DNA of 64,000 nucleotides from a virus (Duplodnaviria > Heunggongvirae > Uroviricota > Caudoviricetes), in IMG/VR virus record IMGVR_UViG_3300037487_000968, positions 77,280-141,279 of that record. One strand, given 5' to 3'. Positions within the stretch are counted from its first letter, which is position 1, and each line of letters opens with the position of its first letter. Positions 33,837-44,952 of the stretch are shown here, one piece after another. A model generated the notes under the pieces. The model was not told the origin of the DNA and searched no databases. It saw only the letters and a program-made list of their open reading frames with translations. A program made the position numbers and the translations under genes.

Positions 33837-34707
33837 TTGGTTGACTCCTTGTTGCGATGTGTTTATTATAGCGCAAAGAAGCCTATGCGTCAAGCTCTTT
33901 TAGAACTTTAGGAATCAAATCACATTCAACGACTTCCAAATCCCATGTCTGGGTTAAACAGTATTGGTCAACAGTGTGACTGCGGTCTTCACCATTCAAC
34001 ATCCAATGTGGATGCCAATTGTTTGCGCCCTTGTTCATTACCGTCATGGCCTTCTATGCGTTCGCTCTTGTGTTGAAGATCGCTGCCGCTTTAAAGGGAT
34101 TGAAGTATGAATGCTTGGAACTCTCGCAGTATGCACCGGACAGTTTATCTCGAATAACGAATAAGCTTCTCATTCGTTTTCAGCCTTGACGATGATGTGC
34201 GGATCGAACCCGTCGTGCTTGATTAGTGATTTTCGCACTTGATCTTCGGTGGTCCCTTCAATGAAGTACACCTTGTCAATCCATTCAAACCATAAGTAAA
34301 CGTCCCAACCAATCATGATCTACTCCTTAGATATTGCGGGTGAATCAACATAAGATTTCACCTGCGAATATTTGAATTTGTTACCAATTAAAAATTTACC
34401 ATCCTTGAATACAGTGTAAGACTGAGTGTTACAATCAAAGAATACTTCGAAACCTCTGTCTTCTTTTACTAAGAACATATCTGCTCCTTGTTGCTATGTG
34501 TTTATTATAGCGTAGAGAATGGATTTGGTCAACCTCTAAGTGGCCAACGATCGCGAGCATAATCGCCCAACCATTTGCCCGCTGTGAAGATGCCGAGCAC
34601 CTTGAAGACCTCGGTGCAGGCCCTATTATCAAAGTAGGCAAAGACCCCAACTGATATCAGGAACACCGAACAGAGTGCGATATGCTTGTATAGGTTAGGC
34701 TTGTTCA

Positions 34708-37700
34708 TCAGTAAGTCTCTTTGGAGTAATCGAAAAGTTCAGGAGGAAACTTTGCCAGGAATTCAGCGGACTTCACATATTCGTTGTAATCCTTAGCGGT
34801 AAAGAATACCTTGTGCAAGACGGTTTTGAATGTGCCTTTTGGGCTAACCGTTAGATAAACGGATTTTGATTTGCCTGCCATTTTGTTTCTTCCTTGTTGT
34901 GAAGTGTTTATTATAGCACTAAAAGAGTCAACTGTCAATCCCAGCTTATCGTTAAGCTGCTTCCGTCCCGTTGATCTGAAAAGACTGATACATTGTATCC
35001 TAAATTTGTCAATCGATCAACGATAACCTGATCAGTGCAGTCTTTGGTATAAACGGTGACAGAAGTCATCCCTTTCTTTGCGCCTTCCCGGATAGTATCC
35101 AATATGGCCTTAGTCTGCGCTTTCTTGTATTCTCCTTGCAATGCTCGGGCTTCAGCGGTTATGTGACGAGCTTCTTCTACCGTTAGAAAGTTGTTTGCCA
35201 TTTTGATTCCTTGTGATACTAATCGGCACCACCGGGCAGACCGATAGTCATAAATTCATCTGCTTCAACTCGAAGGTTAGGACATTTCACGATGATATGT
35301 TCTTCCAGTGTCCAAACGCGGGCACCCTCTGGTCCCACCTTGCCAGGATTAGAATTGCCCACCCACTCTTTGAGAGCGTCTTCATTGATGTAGCGACTCT
35401 TACCGTTGTAGAGTTCGATCAGCAGATATTTCATTTCTTCTCTCCCGTCGAGCATTCGCGGATATGAATTGTGCCCCATTCTTCGGGCGCGTCTACAAGC
35501 AGAGGCTCTGTTTCGAAATCTTCAAGACATGGTTCCATTGCGTCCCATTCTTCGTCGGAGTCATCCTCGTCACCAAAACCTTCTTCGAACAGTTCGCTTA
35601 AATGTGTTTCGCAGAATTGTTTCACATCAGCTTCATCCATCCAGCCGAGTAAGTCATTTATCAGACTCTTTTGATCTAAAACACCCTGATCTACAAGTTC
35701 CAACACGGCGCAGGTATAGGCCCGCGACTTGCGTGTATCTACCTTAATGGCTGACATCTTGTGCTCCTTTGTTGCTATGTGTTTATTATAGCGTAGAGAA
35801 TGGATTTGGTCAATGCTTATGTGAAATAATCACGCAGAATAATCTGCACCATCCATCTGATCTTCCCAAAATGCACGGGCATCGGCCTCGTTGTCAAACG
35901 ATTCCAGCACATCCATACCGCCCAACGGATACGGAAACCAGACGAGCCATTCGTCTCGCTCTTCATCATATGTGCAGTGAAGTTCTACAGGTTCATCCAT
36001 TTTGTTTCCTTTGTTCAACCTTTTGCGCGGCAGTTTGCGATAAAGTCATCCAGCGCATCTTTGGCCGGAGTAACCAATGCCGGATCATCGCTATCGATAA
36101 CCATACCCAGGTTATATTCCAACCGTGCCCGTTCATCGTCCTGCGCTTTGTTTTTCCGCGCTGCCTTTTCTTGTGCAACTTCCAGCAACTGACCAGCATA
36201 GATTCCGATACGCATTGATCCGGATTTGTCCTTCATGCGCCAGTAAGCCACTTGTTTTGGAGAAAGCCTGTTAAATTTTTCATAGAAAGTTGCCATCGAT
36301 GTGCCCATGCGGGCGTGACATGGACGAAAACCGCGCCCGTTTAAGTAGCGCGTCTGCTCGCTTACCTGCTCATCGGTCGTTTGACGCGCTGTGAGCACAA
36401 CAAGGGCACGAGCAACCGCTTTGTCATTCGTTTGCAAGAGGCTAACGATAGATTCCTTAGTAGTCATTTCAACTCCGTTTGTATGTTGCGATGAGTGTAT
36501 TATAGCGCAAAAAGGGCTACCGGTCAACCAAATTTCTTTTGCAAGCGTTCATATTGAACACGATCACTCGCTTCACGAGCAATTTCATATTTCTCTTCGT
36601 ACATGATACGATTTTTCATTTGTGCATCGCTTTCGGGTTCCATAGCATAAACGCGCAAAGTACGATGTTTGTGTTCATCATACATATCATATTCATTCTT
36701 CAGTTCGGCATCAGGGCCATACTTTTCAATCAAATACTGAATTCGTTTTAGTGCGGAGGCTAAAGATGTATCGAGCTCAGCACTTTCTTTCTCGGTGCTA
36801 ATCATCTTACGGTTACGGTTCACTGCCATCATCTACTCCTTGTTGCGATGTGTTTATTATAGCAGGAATTTAGACTTCGCCTAGAACTTTTTGAATTGCA
36901 CGTTTAGCTTCGGACACTGAGCTGAATCGACCTGTTCCTTCACATAAGCTCTGCGGGACAAATTTATCTTCTACCAAATCGAATTTCTGTACGTGGATAC
37001 TATGCACCCAAAATAGGTCGATAATACTTGTCCTCTTAACATACACACCGTTTTCTCTCTCGAAGAAGCGATACTTCCACTCGCCTTCCACACATTCGTA
37101 GATTGTTTCGACTACACGGGTGTTGAACATTGCATTGCCTTCTTTCTCTTTTGAAACATCTTCTTGGTGCGCCAACGAGCATAATCCAATTGATTACCGC
37201 CGGAGTAAAAACCAAATGTCCCTATGCTAATGACAGCGTCGAGCAAAATGACCAACCCGAATATCAGATTGGACCAGAATCCCCATTCACTATTAGTTCT
37301 GCGTATCATTTTTTTTACTTTACAACAAGGTGGCCAGTCGCATACAGTATGGCCATCACAGGACCAGCAATATGCTCGGCAATTTCATAGATAGCCCATG
37401 CTGTAAGTGCCACAGCCCACCACGGATTTGTTTCAGCCTTGTGCCCAAGCCAAGCAAAGAACTTACCGTGTGCGCGACCGATGGCATTGGCAAATTTAAC
37501 AATCATTTCAATCCTTATGTATTTAATTCAGTAGAAAGGCCTAGTGCCGCCACGACACTCGGGCCAACAGGTATTGCTTCTATCTGAGTGCGTAGAAACA
37601 GGTGTTCTTTGCTGAAATAATCACCGCCATACGCAATCTTGGCAACCAGCATACGGTCATCCGATGCAATCAACCGAAAGATGTTTTCTTGATACGAACC

Positions 37701-39638
37701 GTCCTGCATCTTCACAGCCGTTGCAACACCGTACCCACTATCGATGATACGAGTTTTTGGCAAGAAGCGAATGTAGAACAGTTCGCCTTTACTTGGTAAC
37801 CAAGACATAGTTTCCTCCTAAAGAAACAGTGTAACAATCCAACCAAATAGCAAAGCAAAGGTGAGGGGTATAAGAATAAGAGCAGCCATTTTGGTTTCCT
37901 TAAGTTGAAGTTTCTTCTGTTGGAGTAATACTCTTCATGAGTCGCTCCATACACCGACCGAGACCGGTAAGGGTCTTATTACCCCACTCGGTATCATAGC
38001 GGCCAGTTTCTTTATTTGGCTTCAAAGCCAGAAAGTTGACAAGCGACAAGCCGAGTGATTCGTATTGTTCTTCGTTCATTTGTGTTCCTATTATATGTGT
38101 TTATTATAAGGCAGGAACAGGAGCCTTGTCAACCGCTAAGAACGACTTAACCAGCCGCCGGAGTTCAGGAATATCTCTACGGTTGAAACAAGTATTCCAA
38201 CCATATTTCTTTGCTGCCAAAGCTCGCAGTTCGATATATTCCAATCGGCCTTTGTAGATTGGCATATGGTCCAATTCTTTCCCTGCTTTGCGAACGCCAG
38301 CGGTGTCATAGTGTTTCTTCTTGCCATTCAGCGTAAATTCTACACCGACATGGCTGAAACTAACACCGTTCTTCTGCCATTCATCGAGTGTGTTCTTTTC
38401 AATGAGAGGGCGAATCTTATCGATACTTTTACTGGCAAGAGAAGAATAAGATGCTACAATACCCTTGGCCGGAATATTCAGCTTATTTAATTCTGCTACA
38501 ACCATTGCCGCATAGACGCAGCATCCACCTGAATTGATGTAAGGATAGCGATCATACACTTCATCGCCTAGGCGATTGAGTTTGATTTCCAAGTCCATGT
38601 AAGGTCCTGTTTGTGTTGCGATGTGTTTATTATAACACCAGGAGTGAATTTTGTCTATTGCTTTGTGAAACAACATGCCACACCATACGCAGCGAACATT
38701 ACCAGACACGAGGTGAAGAAAATCCCCGCAACATTAACCAGATATGGCAAGGAATATGTGAATACCGCAGGCAGTATGACTGACATTACAAGCATACCGG
38801 CAATCATTGCCCATGTCGGTTTAAGAAAATTTGTCATGATAACCTTCTGTTAGTTCCAAAGTGTTCCAGCTTCGTCGAGAAGCTTCAACCTTGTTGAAGT
38901 AATACCAGACAATCCGATATAAGTTTCATTTCCGGAGAGGAGTGCTCGTTGTTGAACATCTGTGAGTTCCACGAAGCAACTCACCTTAATGCGGCGACCT
39001 TTAACGAATACATGGTTCTGCCCGCTTTGTGCAGCGAAGCCCACGTATTTGTGCCACAGCAAGGAACCATCCTTTGTAGAGACTACGAAGCGATGATTGG
39101 TATGAAGATCGCCCTGATAGTGAGCGGATGCTACTTCAGCGAAGTCTGTTCCATTTGCTTGCAGGATAGCACGAAGCTTCTTGAAGTTTTCGGTCTGCCG
39201 TTCAAAGCTGTAATCCTTTGCATCGCCAACGAAGGTCTTTGCCGCCCTATCACGACGATGCAGATAGGCAGGATTAGGAATAGTGGTATCACGGAAACCG
39301 GTACGGATACGTTCTGGTAGCATGTCGTTTCCTTAGTTTGAAAACTCTTCAATCAATGAACGCATCCAAGCCTTGCGATATGCTTGCAACTTCCGGTTGG
39401 TAATACGCTTCACACCTTGTGCTTCCAGCCAATCTTCGACTGTTGTGTACGGGGCGATACGTTTGTGAATAACTTTCTTGGCAGCTTCGGCATCGGGGTC
39501 GTTGCTATATCCATGCGGTTCGTCAATTGCAAAACAGATAAATGACGTTTTATTATTATTGAGGATGCGACCATTCCACAAATATGGGAGGCCAGCACGA
39601 ATTGCATTGGCAATTCTTTGACGGTTAGCTTGTTTCAT
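34708..39638 (-). other. Hypothetical CDSs: 34708-34881, 34935-35201, 35219-35434, 35431-35757, 35830-36000, 36015-36467, 36524-36832, 36870-37130, 37112-37309, 37315-37506, 37515-37808, 37900-38079, 38104-38598, 38655-38837, 38850-39323, 39333-39638
   Basis: Cassette promoters, SDs and coupling; starts corrected. Confidence 0.68.
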
Positions 39639-39689
39639 AATCTACTCCTTGTTGCGATGTGTTTATTATAGCAGGAAGAAGCCTGCTAG

Positions 39690-40172
39690 TCAATGCCTTA
39701 TTGAATAAATTTGGATGCTTTTCTTATCAGTGACAGCAAACGATTTCTCACGTCGGCGCTGTTCGAAACAGAAGATACCCACAGGCTTAGCAGGATAGGC
39801 ACTCTGCTTTCTTGCTCTTAAAGCAATGCTGTCGATAATGTGATGGATAGTGTTACCGGTATCGATAAAGTCGTCCACAATCAGATACTTCTTAATCTGG
39901 AGATCGAAGCCGTTACATTCAACGGAACCGCCGTGGCAATCTTCGTTCTTCTTCCTCACATAAAGCAGCGGGATCTTGTATTTGATGCCGAGATGAAAAG
40001 CAATAGCCGAACCCGAACTGCCGCAGAACGCAACGGCATCGAATTTAAGCGTGTCTTGAAGTTTTCTGATTGCGATGCCGGATTTGGTAATAGTGCGAGC
40101 AAGGTCGATTGGACCCATGCCAGCCCAACCATATCCTCCATACTCAACAAATGGGTAATATTCTTTTGCCAT
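39690..40172 (-). CDS. Type I phosphoribosyltransferase-domain protein
   Basis: LIVDDFIDTGNT PRPP-binding loop; VRK motif. Confidence 0.75.
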   Translation of the reverse strand: MAKEYYPFVEYGGYGWAGMGPIDLARTITKSGIAIRKLQDTLKFDAVAFCGSSGSAIAFHLGIKYKIPLLYVRKKNEDCHGGSVECNGFDLQIKKYLIVDDFIDTGNTIHHIIDSIALRARKQSAYPAKPVGIFCFEQRRREKSFAVTDKKSIQIYSIRH

Positions 40173-40184
40173 AACGAACGTATT

Positions 40185-40866
40185 TTACAGAGAAAGAAAT
40201 ACGAGCCCAGTTATAACAGCAGCCACAGCCATTATTGCCCAACTGATCCAGGAATTGCTATTGACTTTCCAATCCCCAACGCATACACTGACCACCTTAA
40301 GCAAGGCAACGGTGATAACGACAAATAATATGCCTACACACAGAAAAAGCCCGACATATCCACCTTCCCAGAGTTGTTGTTCCAATGGGTTACGATAGAC
40401 AATGATGCTTTGGGTTTGGTTCATGTTACTTCTTCCGACGCTTGCTATTGTAGATGTCTCTTGCTATCGAAGCGGCCGCGACAGTTCCTACCGCACGGAC
40501 AACACCGTGAACAACCGGACTCTTGGAACGAAGGATTGCTCGCTCAATAGCATTCCAGGCCATCACAACAAGGCAGATGACAACGATCCCGATGATAAGT
40601 TCCATTGCGGCCCCTTGTTAGTCGAAACGAGCCAGATCGTTCAACACCTTCGGATTCACAGAGAAGCCGTTACGCATCGAAACATCGCGCAACTTGAATG
40701 CCGATGGCAGCGTCGGATTTTGCAAGCCGCCAAACAGTTGGTTGATGTCCTTCTGGACGTTTTCGCGGATCTCGCGGAGTTCCACAGCGGTGCCGATTGT
40801 GTCATGCGTCTTCTCGATTTCTTCAATCAGAACAGCCGCAGCCTTGATAAATGCACGTGATTCCAT
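40185..40866 (-). other. Hypothetical CDSs 40185-40424 (TM) and 40618-40866
   Basis: ORF track, starts adjusted. Confidence 0.55.
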
Positions 40867-40937
40867 TTTTACTAACCTTCTAACCTGGACTATGAGAGCT
40901 GGCATAGTCCTAACCAGGAAAACTATTATAACAGAAT

Positions 40938-40990
40938 GAACTCAGATTGTCAAGCAGTTTCCAGAACTCAGATTGTCAAGCAGTTTCCAG
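40938..40990. repeat. 26-bp tandem duplication spanning a stop codon and the -35 box
   Basis: gaactcagattgtcaagcagtttcca x2. Confidence 0.9.
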
Positions 40991-41491
40991 AACTTGATTT
41001 CCAGATTCAACTGCCACCTTTGCAGGCGAATACCGTTTGATCTCTTTCTCACCGGTTTCCAACTTGAACGGGTCACCGTTGTTCGGGCCCAAGCCTTGGA
41101 TCATTACCCAATCAGTATTGTTCCAGGTTTCGGTCTTGGAGTCAAATGTTTCACTGGCATCGCCTTGTGTGAGGAACGAATAGCAGCGAGCAACCTTATC
41201 ATCAACGACTTCGATCACCGTGAAGCAATCATTATCGTCTTGGAGTTGAACTTGCGTCTTGCCTTTACTGCCCGGCTTGCGGATACCTTTGGGGACCGGG
41301 GCACGGCCTAGGCCCTCGATTGGTGTAGCCTGCTTCTTGGCGTTGTTGTAATGTGTAGCCGCCGCAGCAAGCGAGCAACCAGTCTCTGCTTGCAATTGAT
41401 CCATCACGGTTTTGCGGAAATTACGCCCATCTGTGCTTGCGAGTGCAAGATGTAGGTTGTAGATTTCGATTGCTCGTTGCTTTGCGTTCAT
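40976..41491 (-). CDS. 'SAATHYN' family copy 2
   Basis: FRKTVM...GCSLAAAATHYN...GLGR. Confidence 0.72.
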   Translation of the reverse strand: MNAKQRAIEIYNLHLALASTDGRNFRKTVMDQLQAETGCSLAAAATHYNNAKKQATPIEGLGRAPVPKGIRKPGSKGKTQVQLQDDNDCFTVIEVVDDKVARCYSFLTQGDASETFDSKTETWNNTDWVMIQGLGPNNGDPFKLETGEKEIKRYSPAKVAVESGNQVLETA

Positions 41492-41550
41492 TTGCGTTCC
41501 TTGTTGCGATGTGTGTATTATAACAGGATGTTACCACCCTGTCAATACAT

Positions 41551-42021
41551 TTACCAGCTTGAATGATATTCGAAGTTCCAGTCATCGGGCCATGCAAGAC
41601 ACTCGTCGATTTCCTTGGCTGTACGTTCCAGATCGCCGAAGTAGTATTCGTCAAACTCCGTGCCACCGAAGAAGAAGCCCGATTGCGAAGGAAGCAATTC
41701 TGCTGCCTTGCTGTGATCGGCTAGCACTTCTTTGCACTTATCGCGAAGTTCGGTTAGCAAATCACGATCGGCATAATAGTTACCACAATCGTCGACGCCG
41801 CCCTGCACATTTTTCACAAACCATGCATGAATGGCATTAGCCTTGCGCCAATAGATTGCCCGTGCGCTAATTTCATTCACACGAGGACCCGGTGTGCCAA
41901 ATTCGATGTGTGGTGTCAGTTCCGGGAACATTGCCGACACATCGGTGGCAATCTTCTTGTCCGGATGGTCACCCGAACTCCACAGATAACGCTTACCACT
42001 CAGATACATATCCAAACCCAT
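41551..42021 (-). CDS. Conserved phage protein (MGLDMYL...YWRKANAIH)
   Basis: Recognisable uncharacterised phage/prophage family motif. Confidence 0.7.
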   Translation of the reverse strand: MGLDMYLSGKRYLWSSGDHPDKKIATDVSAMFPELTPHIEFGTPGPRVNEISARAIYWRKANAIHAWFVKNVQGGVDDCGNYYADRDLLTELRDKCKEVLADHSKAAELLPSQSGFFFGGTEFDEYYFGDLERTAKEIDECLAWPDDWNFEYHSSW

Positions 42022-42091
42022 GATTGACTCCTTTGTTGCGATGTGTGTATTATAAGGGAAAATTCCCTACCTGTCAATGACTATTTGATAA

Positions 42092-42487
42092 TTAGCTGCC
42101 AATACAGAACTTGATGATCTTCTTTTCGGTATCGATTTCGATTTGCTCGAAGTAAAGATCGCTCAAGCAGTGACCCCAAATACCGTACGGACCTTCGGAC
42201 GAATCACGATTGAGCATACCCGGAATGTTGGGTGTTTCGCCAACGGCTGCATCTTCAGCAGCATAGATATCCTCGTAGTCCTTCTTTGCCAGGAGCAAGA
42301 TATCGATTGCGCTTGTCAGCCTGATAAGAGGGTGTGGGATACCGACTTCGACTGAAAGTGGGTAACGATACATAAACGAATAAGTACCCACCAATCCAAG
42401 AGGCGTGTCATCTACCAAATAGCGTTCTTCCTCGCCAATATCTTCACGGGAGAATGAAGCGACATGGTGGTTGCAATCAATTTTCAT
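42092..42487 (-). CDS. Hypothetical protein
   Basis: 131-aa ORF. Confidence 0.65.
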   Translation of the reverse strand: MKIDCNHHVASFSREDIGEEERYLVDDTPLGLVGTYSFMYRYPLSVEVGIPHPLIRLTSAIDILLLAKKDYEDIYAAEDAAVGETPNIPGMLNRDSSEGPYGIWGHCLSDLYFEQIEIDTEKKIIKFCIGS

Positions 42488-42666
42488 AGTGTGCTTTCTT
42501 TAACAAGATTCTAAATCAAATTGGAGGCGATAAGATTCTTTGATAGCATCTTCATCGTTGGTAGCCTTAAGCAGGAATTCATCACCTGCCCAATGGAAGA
42601 AATATCTTCCGCAGGACCATTGCGAAACGCGATCAGTTATTTCACGGATGATAGGTTGTTTCATAA

Positions 42667-43143
42667 TTAGACAGACTTTGGGCGAACAGGATCCCAGGCT
42701 GATTCAGGAAGTGGTTTGAACTTAGGATATTCAAGATCATGGAGATCGATTAAATCATCAATAGCTATAACAGCTTCAAATGGAAAACCTGCACGATTAG
42801 GACGATTAGAAACAGTCAGGCTGGTAAGAAAATCTCTACCTTCTTTCTTGCCCCAAAACATATCCAATTCTGCCTGAATATGCGGAAACTTGTCCAACTT
42901 CGCAATCAAAGCATTCGCCGCAGCACGATCTACTATCGGTTTAGGTGGAGAAAATTTTGCAGGTGAAGTATCAAATGCCTCACCGCTATCAGTTGCTGAA
43001 GCAATCAACGAAATATCCTCGCCTGCAACTTGCCGCTCACGAAGAGCTGAAAGTCCGGCTATCAGGATATTCAGCGTTTGACATTTGAAAGATTTGACTT
43101 TTCCTTTTTCAGTCCAGTAAATCTTATGAATATTCTTTTCCAT
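42667..43143 (-). CDS. Two-domain hypothetical protein (C-terminal half paralogous to 52734-52994)
   Basis: FPHIQ..L..FWG.KE.RDFL.SLT.S.RPNR.GFPF. Confidence 0.72.
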   Translation of the reverse strand: MEKNIHKIYWTEKGKVKSFKCQTLNILIAGLSALRERQVAGEDISLIASATDSGEAFDTSPAKFSPPKPIVDRAAANALIAKLDKFPHIQAELDMFWGKKEGRDFLTSLTVSNRPNRAGFPFEAVIAIDDLIDLHDLEYPKFKPLPESAWDPVRPKSV

Positions 43144-43351
43144 TACAATCCTATTGTTCGTATAATGTATTTATTATAACAAGAAAAAGTCTATCTGTCA
43201 ACAGTTATTTGAAAATAGCCACGTAAGGGAAGGACTCCGTATTAGGGCACCTTACTGCTATTCGTCGAGGTTTTTCTAACCAAGGCACTCACGACTAATC
43301 CTTGTTGTGGATGTCCCATCCTGGGAGGCCCACACAGCCATCGAAAACCTA

Positions 43352-43453
43352 GTTTGATTAGTGCTCTTATCTGCCTGCCTGCACTCTCCGGATGGATAGC
43401 GTCGACCCGTATACGGAACTCGCCCGACTTCAGTCTAGAGGCACTAATCAAAC
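43352..43453 (-). ncRNA. Candidate structured RNA closed by a 13-bp stem
   Basis: GTTTGATTAGTGC / GCACTAATCAAAC. Confidence 0.4.
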
Positions 43454-43475
43454 AAGGCTCCCTTGAGCCTTGTTT
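43450..43475 (-). terminator. Hairpin terminator after the 43487 gene
   Basis: AAACAAGGCTC-4nt-GAGCCTTGTTT. Confidence 0.65.
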
Positions 43476-43486
43476 CACCGTTTGGA

Positions 43487-43915
43487 TTAAGCTGTCGCAG
43501 CTTCGGCGGCCACTTCAACTGCCGGAGCAGATTCAACGGTCTTGATTGCCAGCTTGGCCTTGTGCTTCGCAGCAGCAGTGGTGATCAGCAAAGTAGCCGC
43601 ACCTTTGGACACGCCGCTGGCAACGACTTCACCCGTCTTCACCTTGATAACGTCCACAGTGTGGATGGGCTTGCGACCACCTTTCTTGTCTTCCGGACGA
43701 CCCAAACCAGCCACCGACTTCGGATCAACAGCACGAGCCGCCTTCAACGAGTGGTTGTAATGAGTTGCAGCAGACGCAACAGTAATGCCGAATGCCACCA
43801 CCGCCAAATCCATCACTTCCCGGCGGAATTCCGACGGTTTGAGTTCGCCGCTTTGCAGCCTGGGCAGAGTTGCACCAAAATTCGCATTCGTAAATTCCCG
43901 GATACCTTGTGTCAT
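43487..43915 (-). CDS. 'SAATHYN' family copy 3
   Basis: GITVASAATHYN...GLGRPEDKKGGRKP; closest to 19481. Confidence 0.75.
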   Translation of the reverse strand: MTQGIREFTNANFGATLPRLQSGELKPSEFRREVMDLAVVAFGITVASAATHYNHSLKAARAVDPKSVAGLGRPEDKKGGRKPIHTVDVIKVKTGEVVASGVSKGAATLLITTAAAKHKAKLAIKTVESAPAVEVAAEAATA

Positions 43916-44041
43916 AATAGACTCCTACAGTTGATTAAAAGCAAACTATTCTTGGCTGGACTTGTTTTGCTGTCCATGTGCTTATTATATGATAGGACGA
44001 GTTGTTTGTCTATAGGATAATTGTAACAGTTCTTGGATAAA

Positions 44042-44068
44042 AGAAAACCTGCCGAAGCAGGTTGTTCT
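44042..44068 (-). terminator. Intrinsic terminator (UUCG loop)
   Basis: AACCTGC-TTCG-GCAGGTT-TTCTTTT. Confidence 0.8.
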
Positions 44069-44094
44069 TATGAAGGCCGAAGCAGCTTAAAAGA

Positions 44095-44343
44095 TTAAGC
44101 TAATACCTTTGCCTGCGATCCTGTAACATCACGACGCGACATTCTATATGCTGCGCGGCTAGTTGTCTTGGTAGGAATGGTTTGAACATTCAATCCAAGG
44201 CCGCGAAGTTCGCTAACACGAGCACTCAAATTTTGAATGCCGAATGTTGCCGAAGCCTGGGCCGAAGTTAAGGTTTGATCAGTGCCACGAAGATATGTTT
44301 CGAGGAACTTGTTCTGTGTTGTTTTCAAATTTGTAAATGACAT
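44095..44343 (-). CDS. Winged-HTH DNA-binding protein
   Basis: LTSAQASATFGIQNLSARVSELR. Confidence 0.65.
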   Translation of the reverse strand: MSFTNLKTTQNKFLETYLRGTDQTLTSAQASATFGIQNLSARVSELRGLGLNVQTIPTKTTSRAAYRMSRRDVTGSQAKVLA

Positions 44344-44400
44344 TGAAGTCTCCTTATGTAAGTGTTCTAATTATAGCAGCCTCGGACACGAATGTCAAGA

Positions 44401-44432
44401 GAAAAGCGGCCAACCGAGAACGATTGCCGCTT
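44401..44432 (-). terminator. Terminator closing the ncRNA transcript
   Basis: AAGCGGC...GCCGCTT followed by TTCTT on the minus strand. Confidence 0.6.
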
Positions 44433-44647
44433 AATAGAGTTAGAACATAGGTTCCACCATTGGATATGTAAACTCGGACTTACGAGATTCCTACCGTTTC
44501 GCCCTTTATAATAAAAAGGGAGTTTCTATGATTCCCTATGTTTAGAATTATTACTGTGGAGGCTAACTCCTCGAGCGCAAGCAGCGCATCCTGGTTCACG
44601 CCAGTTCGTTTACGCAGGGGCCAGGTTGCTTAGGCCTTCTTATACTC

Positions 44648-44862
44648 GGTGAGCTGGGAAGGATTCGAACCCCCAACGATAACCATTCCTTATTGCACGT
44701 TCGGATTCCTGTATAGCGGAGTGGTCCTTAACCCCGACTTCGTATCATATGGGACCAACCATATTTAACTACTGCCCTATTCTCCGTGCAAGTTTGAATG
44801 ATCCTGTTTTACCACGCTCCAGGGCCTTTGTTCCTTTTTGCGTCTTGTTAAACTAACAGCTC
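44648..44862 (-). ncRNA. 215-nt tRNA-scaffold RNA with D-loop insertion and a large pseudoknotted insert in place of the anticodon loop (tmRNA-like topology)
   Basis: GAGCUG/CAGCUC-ACC acceptor, GUUU/AAAC D stem, GGGGG-UUCGAAU-CCUUC T arm; TTGACA(44893-98)-17-TATACT(44870-75) places +1 near G1. Confidence 0.7.
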
Positions 44863-44911
44863 AAGTCATAGTATAGTGCCAAATCACTATACTGTCAACG
44901 AGTATTTAGTC

Positions 44912-44940
44912 AAAAAGAAAGCGTCCGAAGACGCTTTCTA
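44912..44940 (-). terminator. Intrinsic terminator (UUCG loop)
   Basis: AGAAAGCGTC-TTCG-GACGCTTTCT-TTTT. Confidence 0.85.
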
Positions 44941-44952
44941 GGGTCTGTTTTC

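Noticed and set aside
43242-43478. 78-aa ORF
   Set aside because: It overlaps a terminator and long inverted repeats and has no SD; likely non-coding.
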